From Ramlibacter tataouinensis (GTDB lineage Bacteria > Pseudomonadota > Gammaproteobacteria > Burkholderiales > Burkholderiaceae_C), in contig DIZF01000066.1 of assembly GCA_002427815.1 (NCBI GenBank), forward strand, positions 54,542 to 94,541: a stretch of 40,000 bases of DNA, read 5' to 3'. Below, in pieces: positions 37,763 through 40,000 of this stretch (the stretch's first letter is position 1; each line of letters starts with the position of its first letter). The notes under the pieces are model-generated. The model searched no databases, had not been told where the DNA came from, and saw only the letters and a list, made by a program, of their open reading frames with translations. Made by a program: the position numbers and the translations under genes.

Positions 37763-38260
37763 ATGACTTCCGGGGAATTCAGCGCATTGCTGCAGCGGTT
37801 GATGGCCGCGGCCCAGGCCGGCGACGCCAAGGCCTTTGCCGCCTGCTTCACGTCGGACGGCGTCTACCACGACTACATCTATGGCGACCACGCCGGCAGG
37901 CCCGAAATCGAGCGCATGCTCTCAGAGCTGTTTCACCGCGATGCGAGCGACTATCGCTGGGAGATGTTCGACCCGGTGTGCAACGGCAGCATCGGCTATG
38001 CCTGGTCGCTCTCTGCCTTCATCTCGAAGGTGCCGGAATTCGCGGGCCGCCCCGTGCTCATCGACGGAATCAGCCGCTTCGAGCTGAAGGACGGCCTGAT
38101 CAGCGACTACAGCGAATCGGTCAATGGCGGGGTCGCGATGGTCCAGCTGGGGGTGAACGCGCAAAGGATCGAGAAGGTCTTGCAGCGCTGGAGCAAGGCG
38201 CTTCATGAGCGGCCGGCCAGCCGGGCCTTCCTGGCGCGGGCCAAAAGCGCGAAAACCTGA
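37763..38260 (+). CDS. SnoaL-like / NTF2-fold protein
   Basis: ...GDAKAFAACFTSDGVYHD... has the N-terminal pattern of SnoaL-like polyketide-cyclase-fold proteins. About 165 aa. Confidence 0.6.
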   Translation: MTSGEFSALLQRLMAAAQAGDAKAFAACFTSDGVYHDYIYGDHAGRPEIERMLSELFHRDASDYRWEMFDPVCNGSIGYAWSLSAFISKVPEFAGRPVLIDGISRFELKDGLISDYSESVNGGVAMVQLGVNAQRIEKVLQRWSKALHERPASRAFLARAKSAKT

Positions 38261-38299
38261 AACGGGGGGAGCAACGATGGGTGTTTCACCGGGCGTTGA

Positions 38300-39631
38300 T
38301 CACCGCAGGCAAGCACCGTCCTTGACCAGCGCATCGCGCAGTTGAGCGGTAGGCACGCGGCGCACATCGACTGGCGGCGGCGCCTGCCCGGCCGCCAGCG
38401 CGGCGGCAGTGCCGGCGGCCTGGCCGACGGCCATCGAAATCGTCATCACACGAATCGCCGCCAGGGCGGTGTGGGTGGCCGACACACCGCGGCCGGCGAC
38501 CAGCGCATTGTCCAGGCTCTCGGGGATGAGGCTGCGATAAGGGATCTGGTAAGCGTGGTCGCCGCCCAGGGCCTGGTAGTCGAGGCCGCCGCCGGCGGCG
38601 GGATGGACGTCGATGGGGTAGGCGCCCGCGGCGACGGCGTCTTCGAACTGCACGGGCGCGAGCAGCTCCTGCGCCGTCAGCACGTGATCGCCTGCTATGC
38701 GCCTGGATTCGCGCACGCCCACCTGGGTGGCGAAGGCGCGCAATCGGCCCGCCGCGCAGCCGGGCACGCGGTCCTTGAGATAGCACGCCGCGCGCCAGGC
38801 CTGGCGCCGCCCCTCGATCTCCGCGCGGCCCAGCGCCATGGCGTCGGTCGCGTCGACGGCCAGCCGGCTGATGTTGAACCAGCCGTCCTGCGAATAAGGG
38901 TCGCGCGCGCAGTGCAGCGCCGCGCGCGCGAGCTGGCCCTGCTCGAAGCCGGCGCGCGCCAGTGCCGACAGGTCCGATGGTGGTACGGCGTCGAAGCGCT
39001 CAAAGTCGATCGGACCGAAGCGGAACATCATCGTCGCCGCCTGCAGCGCCTCGCCTTCGCCCAGTTCGAGAAAGCTCGCACCGGCGCGCCAGAGTGCGTC
39101 GATGTCGCCCGAACTGTCGACCAGCACGCGCGGGCGGACGCGCAGAAGGCCGCTCTTGGTCAGCACCCGCAAACTGTCGATGCGGCGGCCGTCGCAGGCG
39201 ACGTCGAGCAGGCTGGCGTGCAGCAGGGGGCGGACGCCCGCTTCGCTGACCATGTCGTCGAGCACCAGCTTGAGCACCTCGGGCGCGTATTCGACGCGGT
39301 CCATCTTGTGGCCGGTCGACATGACAAAGGCCTTGTGTTCGCCCGCGGCGCCGTAGCCCGTCAGCCGCTGGACCACTTCGCTGGCCAGTCCCGCCACCAC
39401 GCGGCGGCCATTGGCAGTTTGCCAGCTGTTGAACTGGGCCACCGCGCCGGCCGTCGCGTTGCCGCCCAGGAAGCCGTAGCGCTCGACCAGCAGGACGCTC
39501 GCACCATGCCGCGCCGCCGCCACCGCGGCCATCGTGCCCGCGACGCCGCCGCCGCAGACCACCACGTCGGCATCCAGGGCGAGGGCCGGATCCGCCCGGT
39601 CCGCTGCAGCAAGCTCGTTCGGTCGGCTCAT
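38300..39631 (-). CDS. FAD-dependent oxidoreductase (GIDA/FAD_oxidored-like)
   Basis: DADVVVCGGGVAGTMAAVAAARHGASVLLVERYGFLGGNAT is a dinucleotide motif of the FAD_oxidored type. Confidence 0.7.
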   Translation of the reverse strand: MSRPNELAAADRADPALALDADVVVCGGGVAGTMAAVAAARHGASVLLVERYGFLGGNATAGAVAQFNSWQTANGRRVVAGLASEVVQRLTGYGAAGEHKAFVMSTGHKMDRVEYAPEVLKLVLDDMVSEAGVRPLLHASLLDVACDGRRIDSLRVLTKSGLLRVRPRVLVDSSGDIDALWRAGASFLELGEGEALQAATMMFRFGPIDFERFDAVPPSDLSALARAGFEQGQLARAALHCARDPYSQDGWFNISRLAVDATDAMALGRAEIEGRRQAWRAACYLKDRVPGCAAGRLRAFATQVGVRESRRIAGDHVLTAQELLAPVQFEDAVAAGAYPIDVHPAAGGGLDYQALGGDHAYQIPYRSLIPESLDNALVAGRGVSATHTALAAIRVMTISMAVGQAAGTAAALAAGQAPPPVDVRRVPTAQLRDALVKDGACLR

Positions 39632-39645
39632 GACGGGAGCCGGCT

Positions 39646-40000
39646 TCAGTCGACCTTGATGCCGCGCGCCTTGATCACGGCCGCATAACGCGCGCTTTCG
39701 GCATTGAGAAACTGGCCCGTGGCTTCGCGGCTCATCGGCAGCGGGGTGAGGCTCAGGTTGGCAAAACGCTTGCGCACCGCGTCGGACGCCAGCGCCTTGT
39801 TCAGGGCCGACTCCAGTCGGGCGAGCCCCTCCGCGGGAATGGTGCCCTTGGGCGCGACCAGGACGGCCCAGCCCTGCACTTCGAGGCTTTCGAAACCCAG
39901 CGAGCGGAACGTCGGCACGCCCGGCAGCTCGGCGACCGGTTGCGGCGAGGAAACCGCCAGCGCGCGCAGCCGCCCCGACTTGAGCGGCGAGATGACACTG
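39646..40000 (-). CDS. Bug-family (tripartite tricarboxylate transporter) substrate-binding protein, C-terminal part (5' end outside the window)
   Basis: The frame is open to the window edge. ...ISPLKSGRLRALAVSSPQPVAELPGVPTFRSLGFESLEVQGWAVLVAPKGTIP is the typical Bug/TctC motif. Confidence 0.8.
   Translation of the reverse strand, partial: SVISPLKSGRLRALAVSSPQPVAELPGVPTFRSLGFESLEVQGWAVLVAPKGTIPAEGLARLESALNKALASDAVRKRFANLSLTPLPMSREATGQFLNAESARYAAVIKARGIKVD

Overview
This is 40 kb of very GC-rich chromosome that looks like Burkholderiales. Supporting signs are a Bug-family binding protein, a cox-type operon and many GC shadow ORFs. A lower-GC, decayed chromosomal integron interrupts it at about 16.36-23.0 kb. 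Left part (1-16.3 kb): a CobW-like GTPase tail, a PotD-like binding protein with a Tat signal, and a PAS-LytTR regulator. It also holds a form-I-like molybdenum hydroxylase operon in the order coxM-coxS-coxL-coxG-coxD-coxE-mocA-like; its large subunit carries AYRCSLR instead of the canonical AYxCSFR loop. After the operon comes a 110-bp tandem duplication (1 mismatch) that corresponds exactly to a 37-codon mini-ORF chained by ATGA overlaps. This is followed by an unknown polytopic membrane protein, a secreted M1 peptidase, a multi-rhodanese protein and an SPFH protein. Middle part: an intI fragment that appears truncated at both ends, followed by five cassettes (isochorismatase-like hydrolase; ParE/RelE toxin plus antitoxin; YefM-YoeB; BrnT-BrnA; GNAT plus Asp/Glu racemase). 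The cassettes are separated by one family of attC sites, and each site's R'' box is the reverse complement of its own cassette's first bases. An apparently intact group IIC intron sits inside the R' core of the first attC. Right part (23-40 kb): a catabolic island with a class V aminotransferase, an ALDH7/AmaB-type dehydrogenase, a three-subunit HcnABC/opine-oxidase-like flavoenzyme, a PotABCD-like ABC importer and a divergent IclR regulator. It is followed by housekeeping-type genes: DUF4124, cytochrome b561, aldo-keto reductase, Prx-Grx hybrid, GNAT, SnoaL-like, FAD oxidoreductase and a Bug protein. No rRNA, tRNA or CRISPR was seen. The best leads are the intron/attC arrangement, the decayed integron rich in toxin-antitoxin (TA) modules, the variant CoxL active-site loop and the duplicated mini-ORF. 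All family assignments rest on motif recognition by eye; no searches were run.
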